Positions 39,410 to 49,323 of a DNA stretch of 64,000 bases are shown here, piece by piece. The position numbers were made by a program, and so were the translations under genes. The DNA comes from a bacterium (lineage in GTDB: Bacteria; Verrucomicrobiota; Verrucomicrobiia; Limisphaerales; J093). The DNA lies in NCBI GenBank assembly GCA_021780105.1, contig JAJXZJ010000032.1:3615-67614 (forward strand), in the 5' to 3' direction. Each line of letters opens with the position of its first letter. Positions within the stretch are counted from its first letter, which is position 1. The notes below the pieces were generated by a model. That model made no database searches. It was given only the letters and a program-made list of their open reading frames with translations, and was not told the DNA's origin.

Positions 39410-42400
39410 ATGAAGATGAAGATGCTACGGGCGTTATTGCTCGTGATGCCAAGCCTTGGTTTGCTGGCCGGCCCGACCACGATTCCGCTTTACGAGAATT
39501 ATGGCATTTTAACCAACACCCCCCAGGTGGATGCGGTTTCATTCGCCAACTACGGTCTGTTTGGCGTGGGTAGCGTGGCCCTTTACGATACGCAAAACAC
39601 GCTGAATTTCACCAACACGGGAATCATGCAGGCGGCTCCCGGTTTCTACTTTGACACCGTGGATGACGCGGGCTACCGACACCGCGCAGCTAATTTTTAC
39701 AATGGGCCTGGCGCCAGCATTACCGTCCAGAACAACGGTGCGCTCGCAGCCGGCTTCCGCGTGGACGCCACGAACATCGTCACCCGGAGCAGCAGCATTC
39801 ATTCGGATATCACCGGCATCATCCAGATCTTGGGCCAGAATGTAGATTTGTCGCGCACGGTCGTTTCCATTGATCCGGTGACGCAATCGGGAGCGTTTCA
39901 ATCCTATTACCCGAATTACATGTATAGCGACGATTATGGAATCGAGGATCTCTACTGGGGATTTGGCGAGGAACTTCCCCGCTTCCAGAGTTCGCAACTG
40001 GTCACTTCGTATCGCGGCGCGATCACGGCGCAGGCTCCCAATGCCTGCGTAACCAACAGCAGTCCGGGTTTCTGCATGGGTGGCGGGTTTTTTCTGAGCG
40101 CGCCGGCGACGTTTGTCTATACGAACTGGAATTCGGACGGAACCAATACCCAATTCACCGTTTCCGTGGGCATCATCGGAGTGCAGGACACCAATTTTAA
40201 CGTGGGTGTGCATTTCTATCCCAGCGACCTGGCGTCCAATTATTACAACTCCATCGCCTTCCAGATGGGCGCCTATTTGACCAACACGGCGACGCAGAGC
40301 CGTGACCTTTACCAGCTCTTCCTCACCGACCGCCTGGCCGCAGAGCAAACGAATGTGATGGTGTTGCTGACCAACGCGGCCACGGGAGACATGCCTTATC
40401 GTCCTGGAGCCTATGAGCTTAGTCGCTCGCCCTCGCTGGAGTATGCCATGGGCCGGCCGGCCAACGCGACCAATGACTGGTTCAAGACCAATCTCGCGGG
40501 GGTCATCTACACGCCAATGCCGGGGCTACCGACAACCAATGTGGTGACCAACATTGTGATCATGCCCACGCCAGGCACAGGAACCAATTACGAAACGGAC
40601 ATCATCACCAACATCGTCACCACGTCGCCCTACTACTACAACTTGGTGACCAATTACTATGCCGGATACGGTGCGTTCGTCACCAACAACATCCCCATCG
40701 TTCCCGTTTCGCCGGTGGCGTCCATCACCAATGCGGAGGGCCGGATCGAAATCAATGCTGACGTGCTGAACCTGGAACGCACGCGAATGCGGGCCGAGGG
40801 CAACATCACGGTGGCTACGCGCCAACTGGTGAGCAGCACGAACGCGGGCATTGACGTTGCCAGCATCTACTACGACTTGGGGTCCACCAACGGACTGCTC
40901 AAACTCCAGAGCCTGACGATTCCAGTGGTGCAGCGGCTTTCGGGCAGTGTGTACGCATGGACCGGGATGTGGACCAATTATTACGACATCATTACCAATT
41001 CGATCACCAATGGTTTCGTTACCAACGTCATGGTGGATCCGACCCAGTCAACCAATTACACTTACAGCACGAACGGCTTCACCACGAACACGGTTCAAGT
41101 AAACCTCAATGTCAGTATGGTGGATGCCACCTCCCTGCAAAGCCGCTGGCCGACGTTCGTCAATGGCCTGGCCACCCGCAGCACGAATGTGTTCATGGAT
41201 GACACAGTCCGGGTCATGAAACAGCTCTACGTGGATGGCACCACGCTTACGGTCAGCACCAACGGGCAGTTTTTGATTGGCGATTTGAACACGGCAGGCG
41301 CACTGACCGACTGGAACACCACGGAATTCCCGAATCTATTGTATTTGACCAACAATGGTCTGATCAGCGTGCCGAACGTTGCGGATTTTGGGACGCCGAC
41401 TGCTCCCTACGAGCGGTTTGTCAACACGGGAACCAATGCCGCCTTTGCGCTGCATTACAACGTCAAGGACTTCCAAGCCAGCGGTTACATTGCCACCGAA
41501 GTCTTTCTTTACGCGCCCGATGGGACTCTCATTCCCTACCTGGCAGAAGGAGCCATTCATATTAATGCGAACACAGTGGAGATGCAGAACGGTGTCATGG
41601 ACGCCTTCTACAGCGACATTGTGTTGAATGCGAATTCGGTCAAGTGGCGCAACTACACCAACGATGCGGCGGGTATGATTCAATTGAATGTTTCGGGCGA
41701 TCTGAGTGACAGCGGTTGGGACGCCGGGGTGGTGTTGGATTGCAGTCAGGGCATTCAACTGACCACCAAGCCCGCCACAGGTTCCTTGTTGGGCACCACC
41801 ATCAATGTGAATACGCTCGCCAATTCGGCGGTGGACTGCGTCTGGGCCGCGGAGGACCGGGGCGCCAGCAGCCGCGGGTTTACCAACAACGCGGCAATCG
41901 GTCACTTGTTCCTTAATCCCGCACTGAATGGGCAGATCACATTTGGGCCGGTGGGCACTGCGAACGCGCTCTATGTGGACTACCTTGAGTTTTCACCGAC
42001 CGCGCAGACGGATCTGAAAGGCAGCTTGATTCTCGAACCGGGATTCAAGATCTATTACGCGTCAGCCAACCTCACTCCGGATCAAATCAGCGCGGCCTTT
42101 GGCAACCAAATCGTGCCGGTGACGGACTTCGTCGGACCGCACAGTTCAATGCCGGTGGTGGTGACGCTGGATCCGAACAGCAATCCGCCCAAACAGGTTT
42201 CGGTCCTGGTAAACACCTTGTTACGCAATAGCACGACCATAGATTCCGACGGCAACGGGACAGCCAACGCCTATGAACTGGATCCGTTCAAAGGACCAAA
42301 GATGAAAGTCTGGTTGACCAACCTGCCGCCCATGAGCGTGGCCATCAGTTGGAACGTTGCGGCGCAGACGGTTTACCATGTGGATTATGCCACGAATCTG

Positions 42401-42544
42401 GACAACACCGGCTGGCAGCCGTTGACGATTTACACCAATACACTGAATACGGCGACCAACGCCATATTCCTTGATCCGGCAGGGGTGACCAATGCGCCCC
42501 GTTACTACCGGGTGAGCTATTCGCCGGAAGGCACCGGGCTTTGA
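39410..42544 (+). CDS. Large secreted Thr/Asn-rich hypothetical protein with C-terminal domain
   Basis: ~1040 aa ORF, signal-like N-terminus, beta-rich composition, ends RYYRVSYSP. Confidence 0.75.
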   Translation: MKMKMLRALLLVMPSLGLLAGPTTIPLYENYGILTNTPQVDAVSFANYGLFGVGSVALYDTQNTLNFTNTGIMQAAPGFYFDTVDDAGYRHRAANFYNGPGASITVQNNGALAAGFRVDATNIVTRSSSIHSDITGIIQILGQNVDLSRTVVSIDPVTQSGAFQSYYPNYMYSDDYGIEDLYWGFGEELPRFQSSQLVTSYRGAITAQAPNACVTNSSPGFCMGGGFFLSAPATFVYTNWNSDGTNTQFTVSVGIIGVQDTNFNVGVHFYPSDLASNYYNSIAFQMGAYLTNTATQSRDLYQLFLTDRLAAEQTNVMVLLTNAATGDMPYRPGAYELSRSPSLEYAMGRPANATNDWFKTNLAGVIYTPMPGLPTTNVVTNIVIMPTPGTGTNYETDIITNIVTTSPYYYNLVTNYYAGYGAFVTNNIPIVPVSPVASITNAEGRIEINADVLNLERTRMRAEGNITVATRQLVSSTNAGIDVASIYYDLGSTNGLLKLQSLTIPVVQRLSGSVYAWTGMWTNYYDIITNSITNGFVTNVMVDPTQSTNYTYSTNGFTTNTVQVNLNVSMVDATSLQSRWPTFVNGLATRSTNVFMDDTVRVMKQLYVDGTTLTVSTNGQFLIGDLNTAGALTDWNTTEFPNLLYLTNNGLISVPNVADFGTPTAPYERFVNTGTNAAFALHYNVKDFQASGYIATEVFLYAPDGTLIPYLAEGAIHINANTVEMQNGVMDAFYSDIVLNANSVKWRNYTNDAAGMIQLNVSGDLSDSGWDAGVVLDCSQGIQLTTKPATGSLLGTTINVNTLANSAVDCVWAAEDRGASSRGFTNNAAIGHLFLNPALNGQITFGPVGTANALYVDYLEFSPTAQTDLKGSLILEPGFKIYYASANLTPDQISAAFGNQIVPVTDFVGPHSSMPVVVTLDPNSNPPKQVSVLVNTLLRNSTTIDSDGNGTANAYELDPFKGPKMKVWLTNLPPMSVAISWNVAAQTVYHVDYATNLDNTGWQPLTIYTNTLNTATNAIFLDPAGVTNAPRYYRVSYSPEGTGL

Positions 42545-42583
42545 TCGCGCGCGCGTGGCATCTGACACAGGAATTTACCGAGT

Positions 42584-45500
42584 ATGTTGACATTCCGAGC
42601 TTACTGGTTGGCCTTGGCCTCTTGCCTGATGGCTGTGACCGTTGGGGCCCAAAATCCTGATCCGATTGACCTCGGCCATTACAAAGTTCATCCGACGCGA
42701 ATTATTGCGCGATTCGCCGATCCTACGCAGGCCACCGAGCTTTCGACGTTGTCCACGCTCAAAGCCGCGGGACTGACCGTGCGGCGTCACTACCGGCTGG
42801 TGTCGGGAGGGGTGGTATTCGACCTGAAACCTACTGTTGCTTTGATGTCGAATCGAGCCGTCAGCCCGCAGGAACAGGCCCGCTCGCTCGCGGCCAAAAT
42901 GACGGCGCTGCGGAATTCAGGTCTGTTCTCCTATGTTGGCCCAGACTATTGGGAGCATACGATGCTGACGGAACCGAACGATTCCCGGTATCAGGACGGC
43001 ACGCTGTGGGGATTGAACAACTATGGACAGAATGGCGGCAAACCCGGCGCGGACATCATTCATGACCCGGATGGCAGCAACACCAATGCCTGGGATATCA
43101 GCACGGGTAGCACGAATGTCATTGTCGCTGTCATTGATACTGGCGTGCGTTACACGCACAAAGATCTGGCCAGCCAGATGTGGGTCAACCCGAATCCTGG
43201 CAGCAGCGGGTTCCCCAACGATATTCATGGCATCAACGCAATCACCGGGTCCGGCGATCCGATGGATGACGTCGGCCACGGGACTCATGTGTCCGGCACC
43301 ATTGGCGCGGCCGCCAACAATGGTTTTCCGCATGTCGGGGTGGCTTGGAAGGTGCGCATCATGGGGTGCAAATTCCTCGGCCAGAATGGCGGATTTGATA
43401 GTGACGCGATTACTTGCATCGAATACGCCGTGGCCAACGGCGCGAAGGTGATGAACAACAGTTGGGGTGGTGGAGGTTTTGACCAGGTGATGTTGGACGC
43501 GATTGTGGCGGCCTCCACCAACAATGTCATGTTCATTGCTGCCGCCGGCAACAACGGCACGGACAACGACGTTTACGAGAATTATCCTTCCAATTACCAG
43601 GTGGACAATGTCATCGCGGTCGCGGCGCTGGACCGGAAAGACAATCTGGCATCGTTCTCCGATTATGGGCTTACCACCGTTCATATCGGCGCCCCGGGCG
43701 TGGATATTTTTTCCTGCTGGAACGGCTCGGATACCGATTACAACACGATTGACGGCACGAGCATGGCGACACCGCACGTGAGCGGTGTGGCGGCGTTGAT
43801 TTACAGTATTGCGCCCAACGCCACGGTGGCGGAGGTGCGCGAACGCATTCTACAATCCGCTGTGCCGGTTGATGCCCTCAAGAACAAGTCGGTGACTGAA
43901 GGCCGCGTGAATGCCTATCGCGCTCTTACTGCCAAGGCCGAAGGCATCCTCCGGATGAACTTCAACCCGGTTACGAACTCGGTCGTGCTGTTGTCCACCA
44001 ACTTGCCAATCTTCGTCAGCGTGAACGACCTGTTCCCGGTTACCAATGCAATTGTCACGGGCCAGATCGTAGGCACGACCAACACCATCAATTTCTACAA
44101 TGATGGAAAGGTGCCGGATGTGCTTTCAAACGACAATGTTTACAGCAGTTATGTGGATGTCACTCCCTACACGAATGCGTCGTTTTCAAACATTGTCACA
44201 ATCATTGTTTCCGCCCTGGCGACGAATGATTTTCCGAATTCGAATACCGTGGCGCATGGCACCAACACGGTGGTCTATCACATCGTTGGACCTCCGGAGA
44301 ACGACAACTTTGCCAACGCCGACAAGGTGCCGGCGGCCGGCGCCTTTGACAGCGGCATCATCATTGCCACCAACACGTACGCCACGATCGAATCAGGCGA
44401 ACCGGCGCACGCCGGGCTGATCCAGTCCTCCTATTCCCTCTGGTGGAATTGGTCGCCGGCGGCCAGCGGCCCGGCGCTCGTGGACACGGCGGGCAGCAGT
44501 TTCGACACTGTTGTCGCTGTTTACACCGGCAACAGCGTGGATCAGTTGACGCAGGTGGCCGCCAGTGCCAGCGGCGCGGTCAAGGCCAACGTCACTTTCA
44601 ACGCCCAGCAGGGGGCCACCTACCGGATTGTCGTTGCCGGCTCTGACACGAATGAATTCGGTGGTATCCGGCTGCGCATTCAGCCGAACGGTCAACTTGA
44701 CAGCACGCCGCCCATTGCCGCCGTTTCGGCTCCCTTAAACGGCGCCATTTTCACCTACAATAAGATCACCCTCAATGGTTCAGCATCGGACCCTGCGCCC
44801 AACGCGTCTGGCGTCAAGCAGGTCATGGTCAAGGTGAACAGCGGGCTGCCGGCCAGCGCCAGCGGCATCACCAACTGGACCAGCCCAGCTTCTCTGCAGA
44901 GCGGCGCCAATACGATTCAGGTTTACGCGCAGGACTTCGCCGACAATGTTTCGCAAACGGCAAGCATCACTGTTTACTATCAACCGGTGGCCTCGCCCAA
45001 CGACATTTTTGGCTCCACAGTGGATCCGGGCAGTCCTTATTTCCTGCAGGCGACGTCCGGGTCCAGCACGGTGACTAACATTGCGGCCACCAAGGAGACC
45101 GGTGAACCCGACCATGCCGGCAACAACGGCGGCAAGTCTGTATGGTGGTCCTGGCAGGCCCCGACGGACGGTGTTTTGACCGTGGACACCCAAGGCTCGG
45201 ACTTTGACACGCTTTTGGGCCTATACACCGGTGAGTATGTTTACGCGTTGACAGCGATTGCCAGCAATGACGACGCGCTGCCCAATTCGCACTGGAGCAA
45301 GGTCGCCGTGGGAGTGCAGGCGAATCAGATTTACCACATTGCGGTGGACGGCTTCGGAGGCGCCTCGGGCACGGTGGTAATGAACTATGCCTTCGCGCCA
45401 ACCAACCTGGTGTTTGTGACGGTTGAGGCCCCCACGGGCGGCACCGTGACTCCCGCGCCGGGCACGACACCTGTGCCGGTCAATTCAGCGCAGACGTATC

Positions 45501-46264
45501 TGGCAACGCCGGCGGCCAACTATGATTTTGCCGGGTGGGAAGGCAGTGTCTCGACGATCGCCAATCCGCTATCCTTCACGGTCAGGTCGAACGTCACTCT
45601 CAATGCGGTATTTGTGCCGCACCAGTTCTCCGATGATTTCGAAACCGGGAGCTTCTCCACAAACCTGCCGTGGCAGTTCTTTGGCGACCAGCCCTGGTTC
45701 GTCACAAACCAGGTGGCGGCCACCGGTCACTATGCGGCGCGTTCTGGAGTCATCGGTGACAACCAGACAAGCTCGTTGCGGCTGACGGACAATTTCCGTG
45801 CCGGCACTGGAATGTTCGCTTACAAGGTCAGCTCCGAGGCTGGATGGGATTGGCTGCAGTTCTTCGTGGACAACCAGCAAATGGGACGGTGGTCGGGCGA
45901 GGTGAACTGGACGCAATTCAATTTCAATCTGTCAGCAGGCACGCACACGTTGGAGTGGCGTTACAGCAAAGATCCGGCCAACAGCCTCGGCTTGGATGCC
46001 GCCTTCCTTGACAACGTGGACCTGCCGCTTGCGGTGCCGACCGATTCGAGCAGCCCGGCGCGGTTGACCCTTCAGCCGGACATCAGCGGTCAGCTCCAAT
46101 TGACACTGCAAGGCCAGACCAACCAGGTTTACATCATCCAGTCCGCCACGGATCTCGCCCACTGGCAGCCGTTCACCACCAATGTGGCCACCCACGGCCA
46201 GTTCCGGTTGCTCGTGCCGGCGGATGTCTCTCAACGCTACTACCGCGCGATTGTCGCGCCGTAA
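42584..46264 (+). CDS. Secreted subtilisin (S8A) with multiple accessory beta domains and C-terminal domain
   Basis: VIDTG, HGTHVSG, AAAGN, GTSMATPHV; two PPC-like NDxF...WW.W...DT.GS.FDT repeats; ends RYYRAIVAP. Confidence 0.9.
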   Translation: MLTFRAYWLALASCLMAVTVGAQNPDPIDLGHYKVHPTRIIARFADPTQATELSTLSTLKAAGLTVRRHYRLVSGGVVFDLKPTVALMSNRAVSPQEQARSLAAKMTALRNSGLFSYVGPDYWEHTMLTEPNDSRYQDGTLWGLNNYGQNGGKPGADIIHDPDGSNTNAWDISTGSTNVIVAVIDTGVRYTHKDLASQMWVNPNPGSSGFPNDIHGINAITGSGDPMDDVGHGTHVSGTIGAAANNGFPHVGVAWKVRIMGCKFLGQNGGFDSDAITCIEYAVANGAKVMNNSWGGGGFDQVMLDAIVAASTNNVMFIAAAGNNGTDNDVYENYPSNYQVDNVIAVAALDRKDNLASFSDYGLTTVHIGAPGVDIFSCWNGSDTDYNTIDGTSMATPHVSGVAALIYSIAPNATVAEVRERILQSAVPVDALKNKSVTEGRVNAYRALTAKAEGILRMNFNPVTNSVVLLSTNLPIFVSVNDLFPVTNAIVTGQIVGTTNTINFYNDGKVPDVLSNDNVYSSYVDVTPYTNASFSNIVTIIVSALATNDFPNSNTVAHGTNTVVYHIVGPPENDNFANADKVPAAGAFDSGIIIATNTYATIESGEPAHAGLIQSSYSLWWNWSPAASGPALVDTAGSSFDTVVAVYTGNSVDQLTQVAASASGAVKANVTFNAQQGATYRIVVAGSDTNEFGGIRLRIQPNGQLDSTPPIAAVSAPLNGAIFTYNKITLNGSASDPAPNASGVKQVMVKVNSGLPASASGITNWTSPASLQSGANTIQVYAQDFADNVSQTASITVYYQPVASPNDIFGSTVDPGSPYFLQATSGSSTVTNIAATKETGEPDHAGNNGGKSVWWSWQAPTDGVLTVDTQGSDFDTLLGLYTGEYVYALTAIASNDDALPNSHWSKVAVGVQANQIYHIAVDGFGGASGTVVMNYAFAPTNLVFVTVEAPTGGTVTPAPGTTPVPVNSAQTYLATPAANYDFAGWEGSVSTIANPLSFTVRSNVTLNAVFVPHQFSDDFETGSFSTNLPWQFFGDQPWFVTNQVAATGHYAARSGVIGDNQTSSLRLTDNFRAGTGMFAYKVSSEAGWDWLQFFVDNQQMGRWSGEVNWTQFNFNLSAGTHTLEWRYSKDPANSLGLDAAFLDNVDLPLAVPTDSSSPARLTLQPDISGQLQLTLQGQTNQVYIIQSATDLAHWQPFTTNVATHGQFRLLVPADVSQRYYRAIVAP

Positions 46265-46291
46265 GCCCAGGCGGACGGGGAGGCCGTTCGC

Positions 46292-46876
46292 ATGAAGTTG
46301 CTGGGCCTGACCGGTGGCGTCGGCATGGGTAAATCTACCGCCGCCGACTTTCTCCGTCAGCGTGGCTTGGAGGTGGTGGACACGGATGAAATCGCCCGCC
46401 GCGTTGTCACTCCCGGCCAGCCGGCCGTGCGCGAAATTGCCGCAACGTTCGGTGACCATGTCGTTGACTCCTCCGGCCAGCTTCGTCGTGAAACGCTTGC
46501 CCAAATCGTCTTCGCCGATGATATGGCCCGCCGCCGGCTCGAAGCCATCCTGCATCCGCGCATCCGTGAGCTCTGGCTGGCTGAAACGCGACGCTGGCGT
46601 GCCACTGGGGTGGCGCAAGGTGTGGTGGTGATTCCGCTGCTGTTCGAAACCGGAGCGGAGGCCGAGTTCGACGCCACGCTGTGTCTGGCCTGTTCCGCCG
46701 CCACCCAGCGCGAGCGACTGGTGGAGCGCGGCTGGTCCGAGGAGGAAGCCGCAAGGCGAAACCGGGCGCAATGGCCGGTGGAAAAGAAGATGGGCCGTTC
46801 CACTTATGTCGTTTGGAATGAGGCCGGCCTGGCGGTGCTGGCCGCTCAACTCGACCGTGTGTTGAAGCAAATCTGA
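46292..46876 (+). CDS. coaE: Dephospho-CoA kinase
   Basis: GLTGGVGMGKST, DTDEIAR, ILHPRI, IPLLFE. Confidence 0.93.
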   Translation: MKLLGLTGGVGMGKSTAADFLRQRGLEVVDTDEIARRVVTPGQPAVREIAATFGDHVVDSSGQLRRETLAQIVFADDMARRRLEAILHPRIRELWLAETRRWRATGVAQGVVVIPLLFETGAEAEFDATLCLACSAATQRERLVERGWSEEEAARRNRAQWPVEKKMGRSTYVVWNEAGLAVLAAQLDRVLKQI

Positions 46877-46893
46877 GGTCGGAATCGAACGTC

Positions 46894-46920
46894 GGCCGGA
46901 TGGAGGTCCGGCCTCTTTTT
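46894..46920 (+). terminator. Rho-independent terminator after coaE
   Basis: Stem ggccgga/tccggcc + tcttttt. Confidence 0.6.
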
Positions 46921-46960
46921 CTGTGGCAACCGCTGGCGGTCGTGTCACATTAGCCGCGCC

Positions 46961-49156
46961 ATGATCCTTGCATCTGCCGAACTGGAAAGCCTCGTCAATG
47001 TCCGACACCGGGCGCCGCATGATTTGCTCGGGATGCATGTGTTTGGCGGTGGCTCCGGCGTGGTCGTGCGCGCCTTTCTGCCCGACGCCGCGAAGGTGGA
47101 GGCTGTCCCGACCGTCGAAAAGGACCAGCCGGTCATCGCGCTCAAGCGCGTTCACGACTCCGGCCTGTTCGAGGGAACCAGCAGGCAGGCGAAACGTGTG
47201 TTTGCCTACAAGCTGGTCATCTCTGATTTCGCCGGCCGTCAACGGATTGAGCGGGATCCTTACTCGTTTCTACCGACCCTCGGCGAGACCGACTTGTTCT
47301 TGTTCGGCCAGGGCAACGAAAGGCGGATTTACGACAAGCTCGGCGCGCACCAGCACGAATTTGACGGTGTGTCCGGCGTGAGTTTCGCCGTCTGGGCGCC
47401 CAATGCCCGGCGGGTAAGCGTCGTTGGGAGTTTCAACCAGTGGGACGGGCGGTATCATCCGATGCGCTCGCTCGGGCCGTCGGGAGTGTGGGAGTTGTTT
47501 GTGCCGGGTTTGGGCGAGGGGACACTCTACAAATTCGAGTTGTTGGACGCGCACGGCAACCTGGTGTTGAAAAGCGATCCCTACGCGGCGTTGTTCGAAG
47601 TGGCGCCGAAGAACGCCGCCGTTGTTTGGGACAACGCCAAGTTTCCCTGGACTGATGGCGGGTGGCTGGAACAGCGCCGCTGCCGGAATCCGCTCCGGGC
47701 ACCGATGAGCATTTACGAAATTCACCCCGGCTCGTGGCGGAAGAAGTCCATGAACGAGTCCTTCGGCTATCGCGAGCTGGCCGGCCTGCTGGTGGAATAC
47801 GTGCGGACAATGGGCTTCACGCACGTCGAGTTTCTGCCGGTGGCCGAGCACGCGTTCTATCCGAGCTGGGGTTATCAGGTCACCGGCTTTTACGCGCCCA
47901 GCAGCCGCTATGGCACGCCGGATGATTTTCAGTTTCTCGTCAACGCGCTTCACGCCGCCGGCATTGGCGTGATCGTGGACTGGGTGCCGGCACATTTCCC
48001 ACGCGACGACTGGGCGCTGGCCCGCTTTGACGGCACGGCCCTCTACGAGCACGAGGATCCGCGCAAAGGCGCCCACCAGGACTGGGGTACGCTCATTTTC
48101 AACTACGGCCGGCACGAAGTTCGTAATTTCCTGACGGCGAATGCGCTGTTCTGGTGCGAGCGGTTTCATGTGGACGGCTTGCGTGTGGACGCCGTGGCCT
48201 CCATGCTTTACCTCGATTATTCTCGCAAGGAGGGCGAGTGGATTCCCAATCAATATGGTGGTCGCGAGAATCTGGAGGCGGTCGCCTTTCTGCGCGAGTT
48301 CAACCACCTTGTTCACACCGAGCATCCAGGCGTCGTCACGGTCGCGGAGGAGTCCACGGCCTGGCCGCAGGTCACGCGGCCGCCCTACCTCGGCGGCTTG
48401 GGCTTCAGCTTCAAATGGAACATGGGCTGGATGCATGACACGCTGGGCTACTTCCAGCGCGAGCCGGTCCATCGCAAATATCATCAAAACGATCTCACCT
48501 TTGCGATGCTCTACCATCACCACGAGAACTTCGTCCTCCCATTGTCGCATGATGAGGTGGTGCATGGCAAAGGCTCGCTGCGCGGCCGGATGCCGGGTGA
48601 CGACTGGCAGGGATTCGCCAGCCTCCGTGCATTGCTGGCGTATCAGTGGTTTTTTCCGGGCAAACAGCTTCTCTTCATGGGCGGCGAGATTGGCCAGAAG
48701 AGCGAATGGAACGCCAATGGTGAACTGGATTGGTGGCTGCTCAACGCCGGTCCTTACCACGCGGGGATACAGCGCCTTGTCCGCGATCTGAACACACTTT
48801 ACGCGGCGGAGCGCGCGTTCTGGGAGGGGGATTACGATCACGAAGGCTTCCAATGGGTTGATTGTGGCGACCACGAAAACTCCGTGCTTTCCTTCCTGCG
48901 CCGGCCGTTGGGGCGGGGGAGAGAGTGCGTCGTCATTTTCAACCTGACGCCGGTCGTGCGCGAACACTATCGCGTCGGGTTGCCCCGTGGCGGTGCCTGG
49001 TGCGAGGTGCTGAACACTGACGCCAGTCTCTACGGCGGCTCAAATGTCGGCAACAGCGGCGGGGTGATGGCCGGGGCGTATTCGGTCCACAACCAACCCT
49101 TCTCCGCCCCGTTCACCCTGCCTCCGCTGGGCGCGGTGGTGTTTCGGAGCGAGTGA
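46961..49156 (+). CDS. glgB: 1,4-alpha-glucan branching enzyme
   Basis: FAVWAPNA, SWGYQ, DWVPAHF, DGLRVDAVASM, AEEST, LSHDEVVHGK. Confidence 0.97.
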   Translation: MILASAELESLVNVRHRAPHDLLGMHVFGGGSGVVVRAFLPDAAKVEAVPTVEKDQPVIALKRVHDSGLFEGTSRQAKRVFAYKLVISDFAGRQRIERDPYSFLPTLGETDLFLFGQGNERRIYDKLGAHQHEFDGVSGVSFAVWAPNARRVSVVGSFNQWDGRYHPMRSLGPSGVWELFVPGLGEGTLYKFELLDAHGNLVLKSDPYAALFEVAPKNAAVVWDNAKFPWTDGGWLEQRRCRNPLRAPMSIYEIHPGSWRKKSMNESFGYRELAGLLVEYVRTMGFTHVEFLPVAEHAFYPSWGYQVTGFYAPSSRYGTPDDFQFLVNALHAAGIGVIVDWVPAHFPRDDWALARFDGTALYEHEDPRKGAHQDWGTLIFNYGRHEVRNFLTANALFWCERFHVDGLRVDAVASMLYLDYSRKEGEWIPNQYGGRENLEAVAFLREFNHLVHTEHPGVVTVAEESTAWPQVTRPPYLGGLGFSFKWNMGWMHDTLGYFQREPVHRKYHQNDLTFAMLYHHHENFVLPLSHDEVVHGKGSLRGRMPGDDWQGFASLRALLAYQWFFPGKQLLFMGGEIGQKSEWNANGELDWWLLNAGPYHAGIQRLVRDLNTLYAAERAFWEGDYDHEGFQWVDCGDHENSVLSFLRRPLGRGRECVVIFNLTPVVREHYRVGLPRGGAWCEVLNTDASLYGGSNVGNSGGVMAGAYSVHNQPFSAPFTLPPLGAVVFRSE

Positions 49157-49323
49157 GCCTAGAGTTTCCCTCGAACTGGCATCCTGCATTTTGGCTCAGG
49201 TGAACCGGTGCGCCTGCCGACCATTGCATGATCGTGACTTCAAAAGCGCGATTTGGCTGGCTTCCGGAAGGCGGCCAGCAGGGTGGTTTTGCGGCGTTGG
49301 ACTTGACACACGCTGTGTGACTG

